DNA from: Porticoccaceae bacterium
GTDB lineage: Bacteria; Pseudomonadota; Gammaproteobacteria; Pseudomonadales; Porticoccaceae
Direction: 5' to 3'
Length of the DNA stretch: 64,000 bases
Assembly (NCBI GenBank): GCA_029248755.1
Contig: JAQWIR010000027.1
Coordinates: 2,480 to 66,479 of the forward strand
Made by a program: the position numbers and the translations under genes. The notes beneath the pieces are model-generated. The model was given only the letters and a program-made list of their open reading frames with translations. It was not told the DNA's origin and searched no databases. Positions within the stretch are counted from its first letter, which is position 1. Every line of letters starts with the position of its first letter. Of this stretch, positions 55,146-64,000 are shown piece after piece.

Positions 55146-56138
55146 ATGACAGATTCTAAAGCCCATGCGTTTGAGTTATTAGCGCCGGATATGATTATGG
55201 ATGCGGTAGAGAGCTGTGGTTATATAAGTGATGGAAGATTATTGGCACTAAATAGCTATGAGAATCGTGTTTATCAGGTTGGGATAGAGGATGCACAGCC
55301 ATTAATTGCCAAATTTTATAGGCCTAACCGCTGGACTGTTGAACAGATACATGAGGAGCATCAGCTTTGTTTTGAGCTAAAAGAGCAGGAGCTACCAGTT
55401 GTTTGCCCTTTGATAAACAATGCTGGCAATTCTCTTCATCACCATTGTGAATTCAAGTTTTCGCTTTATCCTCGACGCGGCGGCTATGCTCCTGAGCTTG
55501 ATAATCTGGATAACCTTTTTATTCTTGGTCGTCTTTTAGGGCGCTTTCATGCAGTGGGTGCGGTGGTTGATTTTAAATCGCGGCCAAAATTAGATATTCA
55601 AACATTTGGGTGGGAAGCATACGATTATGTTAGTGAGCACTTTATTCCACCTGAATTAAGCCCTGCATATGATAGTTTGTTACCGGATATCCTAAATAAA
55701 TGTCAAACTATTCTGGATGATTTCGGAGAGATTAATTACATAAGAGTTCATGGCGACTGCCATTCGGGCAATATACTTTGGCGCGATGATAATCCGCATT
55801 TTGTAGATTTTGATGATGCGCGAATGGCCCCGGCTGTGCAAGATTTGTGGATGTTGTTATCAGGTGATCGTTTTGAGCAAAAAGCCCAGATAGCTGAGTT
55901 GGTCGAGGGTTATAATGAGTTTTATCATTTTGATCCTAAAGAGCTGGCATTAATCGAGGTCTTGCGTACATTGCGTATTATTCATCACAGTGCGTGGATT
56001 GCACGCAGATGGAGTGATCCTGCTTTTCCGAGAGCCTTTCCTTGGTTTGATTCGGCGCGTTATTGGAGTGACCAGATATTGACGTTGCGAGAACAATTTT
56101 CGGCGCTTGATGAACCTCCACTGGAAATTATGCCGTAA
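55146..56138 (+). CDS. srkA: Stress-response Ser/Thr kinase SrkA (RdoA/YihE)
   Basis: LNSYENRVYQ, KFYRP.RW, HGDCH.GN, VDFDD and RRWSDPAFP. Confidence 0.93.
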   Translation: MTDSKAHAFELLAPDMIMDAVESCGYISDGRLLALNSYENRVYQVGIEDAQPLIAKFYRPNRWTVEQIHEEHQLCFELKEQELPVVCPLINNAGNSLHHHCEFKFSLYPRRGGYAPELDNLDNLFILGRLLGRFHAVGAVVDFKSRPKLDIQTFGWEAYDYVSEHFIPPELSPAYDSLLPDILNKCQTILDDFGEINYIRVHGDCHSGNILWRDDNPHFVDFDDARMAPAVQDLWMLLSGDRFEQKAQIAELVEGYNEFYHFDPKELALIEVLRTLRIIHHSAWIARRWSDPAFPRAFPWFDSARYWSDQILTLREQFSALDEPPLEIMP

Positions 56139-56269
56139 ATTGTCTAATTTTCTATACATAAGTGAAGTTATTTAATGCTGAATCAAAATAACGTTAACTT
56201 TATTAAAATTGAACAGTAAAATAGACGCTTACTGGCAATAAATTTTCAAGTCTTAAATAGAGGTGAAGT

Positions 56270-56659
56270 GTGAGTGAATTTCCCGCAGAGTTAAAATATG
56301 CAAATAGCCATGAATGGGCAAGATTAGAGAGTGATGGGATCGTTGTTGTTGGGATAACCGATCATGCTCAAGATGCACTAGGCGATATAGTTTTTATTGA
56401 ACTTCCAGAGTCGGGAGTTGTAGTTGATGCAGGCGCTGAGATAGCAGTTGTTGAATCGGTTAAAGCGGCTTCTGATATATATTCTCCCATATCTGGAGAA
56501 GTTGTTGAGGTCAATTCAGCCCTTGAGGACGAGCCAGAATTGGTTAATAGCAGCCCTTATGAAGATGGGTGGCTATTTACCGTCAGGGTAAATCCTAGCG
56601 ATGATTTTACTAATTTGCTTGATGCTGAGGGCTACCAGGCCTTAGTTGAAGACGAATAA
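56270..56659 (+). CDS. gcvH: Glycine cleavage system H protein
   Basis: SHEW, GITDHAQ..LGD, lipoyl motif VESVKAASD and SPYEDGW. Confidence 0.96.
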   Translation: MSEFPAELKYANSHEWARLESDGIVVVGITDHAQDALGDIVFIELPESGVVVDAGAEIAVVESVKAASDIYSPISGEVVEVNSALEDEPELVNSSPYEDGWLFTVRVNPSDDFTNLLDAEGYQALVEDE

Positions 56660-56670
56660 TCGCCTTTGCT

Positions 56671-57327
56671 TTAATCCCTTAAGGAAATTATTTTCCACTG
56701 TCTTGATTCAGCTTCTTTGCGAAGGGCTGAATCAGGATCTACGGCAATGGGATGTGCAACCTTTAAGAGCATTGGCATGTCATTGATTGAGTCAGAGTAA
56801 AAATAGCTTCCGTCGCTGCTTTCTTTTTGTTCCTCAAGCCATTGATTAAAGCGCTCTACCTTTCCCTCTTGAAAAGTCGGGGTTCCCTGCACTTTACCTG
56901 AATATTTGCCATCAATGATTTCTAAATCTGTCGCAATAATTTCGTCAATACCCATTGATTTACAGATAGGTTCAACAATAAATCGATTAGTGGATGTAAT
57001 AATTAAAAGCCTATCACCGGCCTGCCGATGGCGAGTAATTACATCTTCAGCTCGTTTGAGCTTCATTGGATTGATGACATCGCGCATAAACTGTTTATGC
57101 AATGACTGCAGTCTTTCCATTGAAAGTCGGGTAAGCGGTTCTACTGAAAACTCGAGGTAGGCAAAAATATCCAAACAGCCGGATTCATAGTCGGTATAAA
57201 ATTTATCATTCATTTCTTTATATTTTTGAGGGTCGACGATATTTTGAGAGACTAAAAACTCACCCCAACTATGGTCGCTGTCGCCGGCAATCAGTGTGTT
57301 ATCTAGGTCAAAGATGGCTAGTGCCAT
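56671..57327 (-). CDS. HAD-IB phosphatase (SerB-like; the Pseudomonas orthologue next to rppH is a histidinol-phosphatase)
   Basis: FDLDNTL..DSD, GK and FYSDSIND.P; divergent from rppH. Confidence 0.85.
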   Translation of the reverse strand: MALAIFDLDNTLIAGDSDHSWGEFLVSQNIVDPQKYKEMNDKFYTDYESGCLDIFAYLEFSVEPLTRLSMERLQSLHKQFMRDVINPMKLKRAEDVITRHRQAGDRLLIITSTNRFIVEPICKSMGIDEIIATDLEIIDGKYSGKVQGTPTFQEGKVERFNQWLEEQKESSDGSYFYSDSINDMPMLLKVAHPIAVDPDSALRKEAESRQWKIISLRD

Positions 57328-57472
57328 AGAGGATTCCAATTTATTAGTTTGGTAGTGTTTGGGCTATTAAGGATAGCGGTGAAGTGAAAATGGCTCAAGA
57401 GAAAATTGCCGAGCCACCTCGACTATGGAACAATGGTCTTTTTTAATCTATAAATTTAGTGGGATCTTTAAA

Positions 57473-57970
57473 TTGGTCGATAAGGATGGGTATCGTTCTA
57501 ACGTAGCTATGGTTATTAGCAATGGTCGTGGGCAGGTTTTTTGGGCTAAGCGAATGGGCCAAAGGGCTTGGCAATTCCCGCAGGGAGGCATTGATCAGGG
57601 TGAAACAGCGGAGCAAGCATTGTATCGGGAATTATACGAAGAGGTAGGTTTAGAAGCTGGAGATGTAAAAATCATCCAGCAGACTAAGCGCTGGCTTCGT
57701 TACAATATTCCTGAAAAAATGCAGCGCAAACATTCTAAGCCGCGCTGTATTGGTCAAAAGCAACGCTGGTTCTTTTTGCAGTTGGTCGGTGATCCGAAAA
57801 AGATTAGCTTTGATGCAACAGGTAACCCCGAATTTGATGCATGGGAATGGGTTAGTTATTGGCACCCTATTAATCAGGTGGTTTCATTTAAACAAGGTGT
57901 TTATCGTCAGGCATTGTCTGAGTTTTCTCAGATTAATGCGCGATTTCAAAAGCGGAGAAAGCGTGGATAA
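57473..57970 (+). CDS. rppH: RNA pyrophosphohydrolase
   Basis: D.DGYR.NV, Nudix box WQFPQGG...EQALYRELYEEVGL and CIGQKQRWF; TTG 57473 is the likely start. Confidence 0.96.
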   Translation: MVDKDGYRSNVAMVISNGRGQVFWAKRMGQRAWQFPQGGIDQGETAEQALYRELYEEVGLEAGDVKIIQQTKRWLRYNIPEKMQRKHSKPRCIGQKQRWFFLQLVGDPKKISFDATGNPEFDAWEWVSYWHPINQVVSFKQGVYRQALSEFSQINARFQKRRKRG

Positions 57971-60250
57971 ATGAATATCCTAGACGCCCTAAGAACAATC
58001 TTTCAAGAGGTCAATACTGCCCGAAGTTTGCCCGAGGTGCTGACTATTATTGTTAGGGAAGTTCATGCAGCTATGGGCTCAGAGGTCTGTTCGGTCTATC
58101 TTTTTGATGAAACTGACCAACATTATGTACTGATGGCTACCAAGGGTTTACGCCAGCAATCCATTGGTAAGGTGCGCTTGGCTATGGGCCAGGGTTTGGT
58201 CGGATTGGTCGCGGCAAAAGAAGAGCCACTTAATTTGCAAGATGCGGATAAGCACCCTAATTTCGTTTACTTTGAAGAGATTGGAGAAGAAATTTACCAC
58301 TCTTTTTTGGGCGTGCCAATTATCCATCACAGAAAAGTACTCGGTGTTTTGGTGCTTCAGCAGCAAGCTGAAAGGCGTTTTGCGACTGAAGAAGAAGCCT
58401 TTATGGTTACGGTCTGCGCTCAGCTTTCTGGCGCTATCGCCCATGCTGAAGCGACAGGTGCGTTAAGCAAGCTAGCTTCTGCAGGCCGCGGTAAAAGTAA
58501 AGAAGCGATATTCCATGGTATTGCTAGTTCTCCAGGTGTGGGTATAGGCCGAGTGGTATTGGCTCAGCAAACAATGGATCTGGCCTCCGTGCCTGAGCGT
58601 CATACTTCAGATCCTGATTCTGAAGTAAAAACCTTTCGCCAAGCATTAAAGTCTGTAAAGCATGATATGCGAAACCTTGGTGTTGGTCTTGAGGGCAAGC
58701 TAAGCTCGGAAGAGTTAGCGCTGTTTAATGTCTACATCAGTATGCTTGACGATGACTCCCTCGGCGGTGAAGTTATTGAAACTATCAAAGCTGGCCAAAC
58801 AGCACAGAGTGCTTGGAGCTCAGTGATCTTAAAGCATGTGCGTACATTTCGGCATATGGAGGATCCCTATCTTAGGGAACGAGCCTCAGATGTTGAGGGG
58901 CTGGGTAAACGAGTACTTGGCTATTTGCAAAAGACTGGCGGTAAGAAAAAGACACTACCAAGACGTATTGTGTTGGTGGGAGAAAATCTATCGGCTACCG
59001 AGCTAGCCGATATTCCGGTGAATCGATTAGTGGGTATAGTTTCGCTTAGGGGTGCAAGCAATTCACATATGGCAATTGTTGGCAGAGCTCTGGGCATCCC
59101 AACCGTTATGGGCGCGTTGGATATGCCCTGTGCAGAACTTGAGGGTGAAGAGCTAATTGTTGATGGGTTTTCTGGAGACGTTGTTAGCCATGCTACTAGA
59201 ACCCTCAAGCGAGCCTATGTCCAAAGGCAGCGAGAAGAGCAGACTTTAGTCAAAGATTTGCAAAAATTGCGTGACGTCCCCTGCCAAACTACAGATGGTT
59301 GTAGCTTTTCTTTATGGGTTAATACTGGGTTAAGGCATGACAATATTCAGTCGCTGCGAAGTGGCGCAGATGCAGTGGGCTTATTTCGCACTGAGATTCC
59401 GTTCTTATTGCGCTCTAGTTTCCCTACTGAGGATGAGCAGGTTGCAGTTTATCGTGAGCACTTGGAAACCTTTGCGCCTCGCCCTGTGACTATGAGAACA
59501 CTTGATATAGGTGGTGATAAGGATCTCCCTTATTTTCCGATTGAAGAAGAAAATCCGTTTTTGGGGTGGCGCGGGATTAGAATTTCTCTAGATCATCCAG
59601 AAATATTTTTGGTGCAGATTAGAGCCTTACTTAGAGCCAGTGAGGGCCTAGAAAATTTGCGGATTATGCTGCCTATGATTAGTAATTTGGCCGAGCTTGA
59701 TAGCGGTCTGGCATTAGTTCGTCGAGCCTTTAAAGAGCTAACAGAAGAAGAGGGCTACGTATTAAAAATGCCAGCACTTGGGGCAATGATTGAGGTTCCA
59801 GCTGCGGTTTATCAGGTTAAAGAAATTGGTCGTCGAGTAGATTTTATGTCGGTGGGCACTAATGATTTAACGCAGTATTTGCTCGCAGTTGATCGCAACA
59901 ACCCCAGAGTAGCTGAGCTGTATGATTCGCTCCATCCAAGTATTCTTAGGGCTTTAAAAAGCATTTATGATCAAGCGGCAACAGTAAACTGCCAGCTAAG
60001 TGTTTGTGGAGAGATGGCCGGTGATCCATTAAGTGCGGTGGTACTTTTGGGGCTGGGATATGAGAATCTTTCGATGAGTGCTAGTTCATTATTGCGAGTG
60101 AAGTCCCTTTTGCTAAAAGTTAGTCGAGAAATGGCAGATGATTTAGCCAAACAGTCTCTGAGCTTGTCAGATGGCGCAGAGGTTGTAGCCCACATCTCTG
60201 AGGTATTGGAGCCATTTAGATATGCAAAAAATAAACCTTTGTCTAATTAA
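57971..60250 (+). CDS. ptsP: Enzyme I-Ntr (GAF + PEP-protein phosphotransferase)
   Basis: N-terminal GAF domain, SH.AI..RALGIP, RTLDIGGDK, SVGTNDLTQY and CGEMAGD. Confidence 0.97.
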   Translation: MNILDALRTIFQEVNTARSLPEVLTIIVREVHAAMGSEVCSVYLFDETDQHYVLMATKGLRQQSIGKVRLAMGQGLVGLVAAKEEPLNLQDADKHPNFVYFEEIGEEIYHSFLGVPIIHHRKVLGVLVLQQQAERRFATEEEAFMVTVCAQLSGAIAHAEATGALSKLASAGRGKSKEAIFHGIASSPGVGIGRVVLAQQTMDLASVPERHTSDPDSEVKTFRQALKSVKHDMRNLGVGLEGKLSSEELALFNVYISMLDDDSLGGEVIETIKAGQTAQSAWSSVILKHVRTFRHMEDPYLRERASDVEGLGKRVLGYLQKTGGKKKTLPRRIVLVGENLSATELADIPVNRLVGIVSLRGASNSHMAIVGRALGIPTVMGALDMPCAELEGEELIVDGFSGDVVSHATRTLKRAYVQRQREEQTLVKDLQKLRDVPCQTTDGCSFSLWVNTGLRHDNIQSLRSGADAVGLFRTEIPFLLRSSFPTEDEQVAVYREHLETFAPRPVTMRTLDIGGDKDLPYFPIEEENPFLGWRGIRISLDHPEIFLVQIRALLRASEGLENLRIMLPMISNLAELDSGLALVRRAFKELTEEEGYVLKMPALGAMIEVPAAVYQVKEIGRRVDFMSVGTNDLTQYLLAVDRNNPRVAELYDSLHPSILRALKSIYDQAATVNCQLSVCGEMAGDPLSAVVLLGLGYENLSMSASSLLRVKSLLLKVSREMADDLAKQSLSLSDGAEVVAHISEVLEPFRYAKNKPLSN

Positions 60251-60343
60251 CCTTAGGGTTTTTAAATATTTCAATTATCTTGCATAGAACAGGCCGGCAT
60301 AAACCGCTATGATCTGGTCTGAAATTTTACTAAGGCTATCAAT

Positions 60344-61165
60344 ATGATAATGCATCCGGATATTAACCCTGTAGCTATAAGTCTTGGGCCACTATCGATT
60401 TACTGGTATAGCCTTATGTATCTGATCGCCTTTGGCTGTGCTTGGGTGATTGCGATGCGCGCATGCAAAAGACCCTGGTCGCCTATTAAACGCCATCAGG
60501 TGGAGGATTTGATAGTTTACGGTGCCTGGGGTGTTATATTGGGTGGGCGTTTGGGCTACATGTTTTTCTACAGCTTTGACCGGTGGATTGAAGATCCGTC
60601 CATGCTTATAAGATTATGGGAAGGTGGCATGTCATTCCATGGTGGTCTTATCGGTGTCATCGTAGCAATCTATTTATTTGCGCGTAAACATCAAATACCA
60701 TTTTTGGCGGTTGGCGACTTTGTCGCTCCTATGGTTCCTACGGGTCTATTTTTTGGACGTATGGGAAATTTTATTGGTCAAGAGCTCTATGGTCGTGCAA
60801 CGAACGGTCCTTGGGCTATGCTTTTCCCCTCGGACCCACTTCAACTGGGTCGGCATCCATCGCAACTTTATGAGGCTTTTCTCGAGGGTATAGTATTATT
60901 TTTCATCGTATACTTTTTTGCTCGAAAGCCCCGGCTATTTGGTGAGGTTGGCGGATTATTTTTAATTGGTTATGGCGTATTTCGTTTTATTATTGAGTTT
61001 GTGCGTGAGCCAGACGCTCAGTTTGCTGGGCAAACAGCGGTCTTTGAGATATTTGGCTGGATGACTCGAGGACAAACCCTGTGTGTGCCTATGGTTCTTT
61101 TAGGCTTGTGGTTAATGAGAAAATCGCTTCCATCAATAGTGACATTGCTAAAATTTCGGGCTTAA
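60344..61165 (+). CDS. lgt: Prolipoprotein diacylglyceryl transferase
   Basis: GGRLGY, WEGGMSFHGG, GRMGNF, HPSQLYE and EFVREPD. Confidence 0.98.
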   Translation: MIMHPDINPVAISLGPLSIYWYSLMYLIAFGCAWVIAMRACKRPWSPIKRHQVEDLIVYGAWGVILGGRLGYMFFYSFDRWIEDPSMLIRLWEGGMSFHGGLIGVIVAIYLFARKHQIPFLAVGDFVAPMVPTGLFFGRMGNFIGQELYGRATNGPWAMLFPSDPLQLGRHPSQLYEAFLEGIVLFFIVYFFARKPRLFGEVGGLFLIGYGVFRFIIEFVREPDAQFAGQTAVFEIFGWMTRGQTLCVPMVLLGLWLMRKSLPSIVTLLKFRA

Positions 61166-61195
61166 TAATTATCTACCCTTAGAGAAAAAATAAAA

Positions 61196-62101
61196 ATGAA
61201 ACAGTATTTAGATTTAATTAGACATATTAAGGATCAAGGGGTCTTTAAAGGCGATCGAACGGGGACGGGAACTTATAGTGTGTTTGGCTATCAAATGCGC
61301 TTTGATCTTCAGCAGGGATTCCCTTTGGTGACAACTAAAAAAGTACATCTTAAATCGATTTTGCATGAATTACTGTGGTTTGTCAGAGGTGATACCAATA
61401 TTCAATATCTGGTTAAAAATGGTGTGGGTATTTGGAATGAATGGCCCTATCAGAGTTGGTTGCGTCAAACTGGCGCTGATAAGAAGTATGAAATGCATTC
61501 TATTGAATGGAAGGCTGGATTAAAGGAGTTTGTTGAGCGCATAAAGATCGATGATGATTTTGCTCAACAGTATGGAGAATTGGGTCCAGTGTATGGCCGT
61601 CAATGGCGAAATTTTGAAGGCGTCGATCAACTCTCTGGAGTTATAGAGGATATTAAATCCAACCCAGATTCAAGACGACTGATTGTGTCGGCATGGAACC
61701 CGAAAGATATTCCAGTAATGGCTAAGTCCGGCTTGCCACCCTGCCATAGCCTATTTCAGTTTTATGTTTCAGAGGGCAAGCTTTCTTGTCAGCTTTATCA
61801 AAGAAGTGCCGATGTGTTTTTGGGGGTGCCGTTTAATATTGCCTCATATGCGGCTTTAACGATGATGGTAGCGCAGGTAACCGGTTTGGAGTTGGGTGAT
61901 TTTGTCCATAGTTTTGGCGATGCACATTTATACACCAACCATAAAGAGCAGATTGAGCAGCAATTAAGCAGAGAAACACTGCCGTTGCCTACATTGAAGA
62001 TAAACCCTGAAATAAATAATATTTTTGATTTTGTCTATGATGATTTTGAGCTTCAAGGCTATGAGTCTCACAGCGCTATTTCAGCGCCAGTAGCCGTTTA
62101 G
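61196..62101 (+). CDS. thyA: Thymidylate synthase
   Basis: DRTGTGT, DSRR, LPPCH and [14 protein letters not shown]. Confidence 0.98.
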   Translation: MKQYLDLIRHIKDQGVFKGDRTGTGTYSVFGYQMRFDLQQGFPLVTTKKVHLKSILHELLWFVRGDTNIQYLVKNGVGIWNEWPYQSWLRQTGADKKYEMHSIEWKAGLKEFVERIKIDDDFAQQYGELGPVYGRQWRNFEGVDQLSGVIEDIKSNPDSRRLIVSAWNPKDIPVMAKSGLPPCHSLFQFYVSEGKLSCQLYQRSADVFLGVPFNIASYAALTMMVAQVTGLELGDFVHSFGDAHLYTNHKEQIEQQLSRETLPLPTLKINPEINNIFDFVYDDFELQGYESHSAISAPVAV

Positions 62102-62111
62102 GGGATATATA

Positions 62112-62621
62112 ATGAAAATTGCGCTTATTGTGGCGGTTAGCCAAAACAATGTTATTGGACGCGACAACCAGCTTCCTTGGCATTTGCCAGAAGACCTCCA
62201 GTATTTTAAATCTGTGACTATGGGCAAGCCGATATTAATGGGTAGAAAAACCTTTGAATCGATTGGCAGACCACTTCCTGGGCGCGTCAATATTGTAATT
62301 ACCAGAGATCCTGATTGGACTGCTGAGGGCGTAGAGATAGTGAATACTATAGATGATGCAATGGCGGCTGGTGCTGTGGCATGCAAAGCGGCAGATAGTG
62401 ATGAAATTATGATTATAGGTGGTGCGCAAATATATCGAGACTGTTTGCCCCTTGCTGATGTACTTTATTTAACAAAGGTTGAAGCTGAGATTGAAGGCGA
62501 CGCATTCTTTCCAGATATTGATTTAGATCAATGGCAAGAAGTTTCAGAAAAAAGGCCAGAAACAATTGATAAGTACGCCTATCGTTTTGTAATTCTTAAA
62601 AGAACACAAACACGGGCTTAA
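62112..62621 (+). CDS. folA: Dihydrofolate reductase
   Basis: IG..NQLPWHLPEDL, MGRKTFES, LPGR and IGGAQIY. Confidence 0.97.
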   Translation: MKIALIVAVSQNNVIGRDNQLPWHLPEDLQYFKSVTMGKPILMGRKTFESIGRPLPGRVNIVITRDPDWTAEGVEIVNTIDDAMAAGAVACKAADSDEIMIIGGAQIYRDCLPLADVLYLTKVEAEIEGDAFFPDIDLDQWQEVSEKRPETIDKYAYRFVILKRTQTRA

Positions 62622-62822
62622 AAAGACTAAATTTTTACTGCATAGTTGTGGTAGTATTGCGCGATTATTGTGACTGGGTGTTCTTCGGAGGCCTGTTACA
62701 TAGATTCTTAGATATAGGCCGTTAGTATGCCAATCTAAGATGCTAAGTGCTTATCGGGGCATTTAAATTTCCGATAAGATAGAAATAAGTAACCAATCTG
62801 ATAGACCCAAATTGAGGGAACT

Positions 62823-63626
62823 ATGAAAAAGCAATTACTGAAAGCATTGGCTCCAATGGCCATTTTTGCTATCGCTGTCAACGCAATGGCTGAAGAGCCG
62901 GAAGCAGTAGTAGAGCGAACGGCTGAGGTTAGCGAAATTTTAAATGCTGGCGCTGAAAAGGTTCAGGCTGCCAAAAAATCTCAAATTAAAGTTGATCGCA
63001 TTGCGGATCAGACTGATGGTTTGCTTCAAGAATTTAAGCAAGTCAACAAGCAAATTGAATCATTGAGAGTGTATAACTCCCAGTTAGAGCGTCAAATTGT
63101 CAGCCAAAAGCAAATGATGGTTGAGCTTGAAGAGTCTATTGAAAATGCAACCGTCATCGAGCGAGGCATTTCTCCACTTATGGCTAATATGCTTAATGCG
63201 CTTGAAGACTTTGTGAATCTCGATATGCCATTTAAGAAAGAGCGTCGCCAACAGGCTGTTGCTGATTTATATGTTAATTTAGATAGCGCCAAGTTTTCAG
63301 CCGCGGAAAAATTCCGTCAGGTTCTTGAGGTTTATGATATTGAATCTGATTACAGCCTCTCAATGGAGTCCTACACCGATCAGATTGATGTTGATGGAGA
63401 TGGTTCTCTGGTAGAGGTTCAAATGCTTAGAGTTGGCCGAGTTGCATTAGCCTATCAAAGCAAGGACAAATCAAAGGTGGGTGTTTGGGATAAAACAACC
63501 AATAGTTGGCAGCAGCTGGGTTCAGGCTATCGCCGCCCAGTGGATCAAGCGATTCGTATTGCTGTGAAACTTGCACCACAGGATGTTATTGAAATTCCGA
63601 TTACAGCGCCGGAGGCAGCACGATGA
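62823..63626 (+). CDS. DUF3450 family periplasmic protein (TonB-system associated)
   Basis: Signal peptide, coiled coil, FV.LDMPF...ER, AEKFRQVLE.Y.IE and LRVGRVAL.YQ. Confidence 0.85.
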   Translation: MKKQLLKALAPMAIFAIAVNAMAEEPEAVVERTAEVSEILNAGAEKVQAAKKSQIKVDRIADQTDGLLQEFKQVNKQIESLRVYNSQLERQIVSQKQMMVELEESIENATVIERGISPLMANMLNALEDFVNLDMPFKKERRQQAVADLYVNLDSAKFSAAEKFRQVLEVYDIESDYSLSMESYTDQIDVDGDGSLVEVQMLRVGRVALAYQSKDKSKVGVWDKTTNSWQQLGSGYRRPVDQAIRIAVKLAPQDVIEIPITAPEAAR

Positions 63627-64000
63627 AAACTAAAATGACAAATATTTTCGTAGCATTTTTTGCTGTAATTGCCATGTCTTCGCCAGTAGTTGCAAGCGAA
63701 GCCAAAAGCCTTGTAGAACTGCTGGATATGATTGAATCAGCAAAAATTTCAGAAACGGCTGAATATCGTCAGCGCGAAGCTGATTTTCTTAATGATCAGC
63801 GCAAGCAATCTCAGCTTTTAAAAGGCGCGAAAAATACTAAAGCGGCCGAAGAGCGTCGCTCAGATCGTCTTGAGCAAATTATTCGTGATAATGACATCAA
63901 ATTAGCGGCACTGCGCGAGCAGCGTGACAAGCGACTGGGTTCGCTAAAAGAATTGTTTGGCCATTTGACGGGAACGGCAGGTGACTTAAGAGCTAAGATT
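63623..64000 (+). CDS. MotA/TolQ/ExbB-family protein with large periplasmic N-domain (TtpC-like), 3'-truncated
   Basis: ATGA overlap with the DUF3450 stop; manual translation gives a signal peptide then ..READF...RLGSLKELFGHL..; frame open to the window end. Confidence 0.75.
   Translation, partial: MKTKMTNIFVAFFAVIAMSSPVVASEAKSLVELLDMIESAKISETAEYRQREADFLNDQRKQSQLLKGAKNTKAAEERRSDRLEQIIRDNDIKLAALREQRDKRLGSLKELFGHLTGTAGDLRAKI

Noticed and set aside
56139-56269. Glycine riboswitch upstream of gcvH
   Set aside because: AT-rich 130 bp without the GGAGA/CAGG/CUCU core elements.

Overview
Gene-dense, mostly core chromosome segment of a gammaproteobacterium. The gene order is Pseudomonas/Cellvibrionales-like, and a marine SAR92/Porticoccaceae-type organism is my inference only. 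In order it holds: the end of a cytochrome oxidase assembly cluster (cyoE, SCO); an ~8.5 kb LPS inner-core/heptose cluster (waaA, wzi, two GT9, gmhA, hldE, kdkA, gmhB); zur-znuCB/znuA with a Zur box; polA, a probable sRNA, engB, cytochrome c4, dsbA; serC-serA; a GlxA-type regulator facing a FabY-like ketosynthase; sahR-metK-ahcY-metF-rsmE-protease; tkt-epd-pgk-fba; pit; oxyR-recG; yicC-gmk-rpoZ-spoT-ridA; rph-pyrE; coaBC-algC-argB-slmA; radC-rpmB-rpmG; a cold-shock gene; arfB, srkA, gcvH; rppH-ptsP-lgt-thyA-folA; and the start of a TonB-system operon. I saw no rRNA, tRNA, CRISPR, transposase, prophage or defence system, and no clearly new multi-gene system. The most notable observations are: (1) an OxyR orthologue lacking both redox cysteines (S199, I208), directly upstream of a recG with an in-frame TAA; (2) an unannotated sigmaE-type sRNA at the Spot42/ErsA position; (3) a three-hairpin leader upstream of the TonB operon; (4) several clear regulatory sites (Zur box, 34-bp SahR palindrome, CsrA/RsmA-type SD hairpin on wzi).
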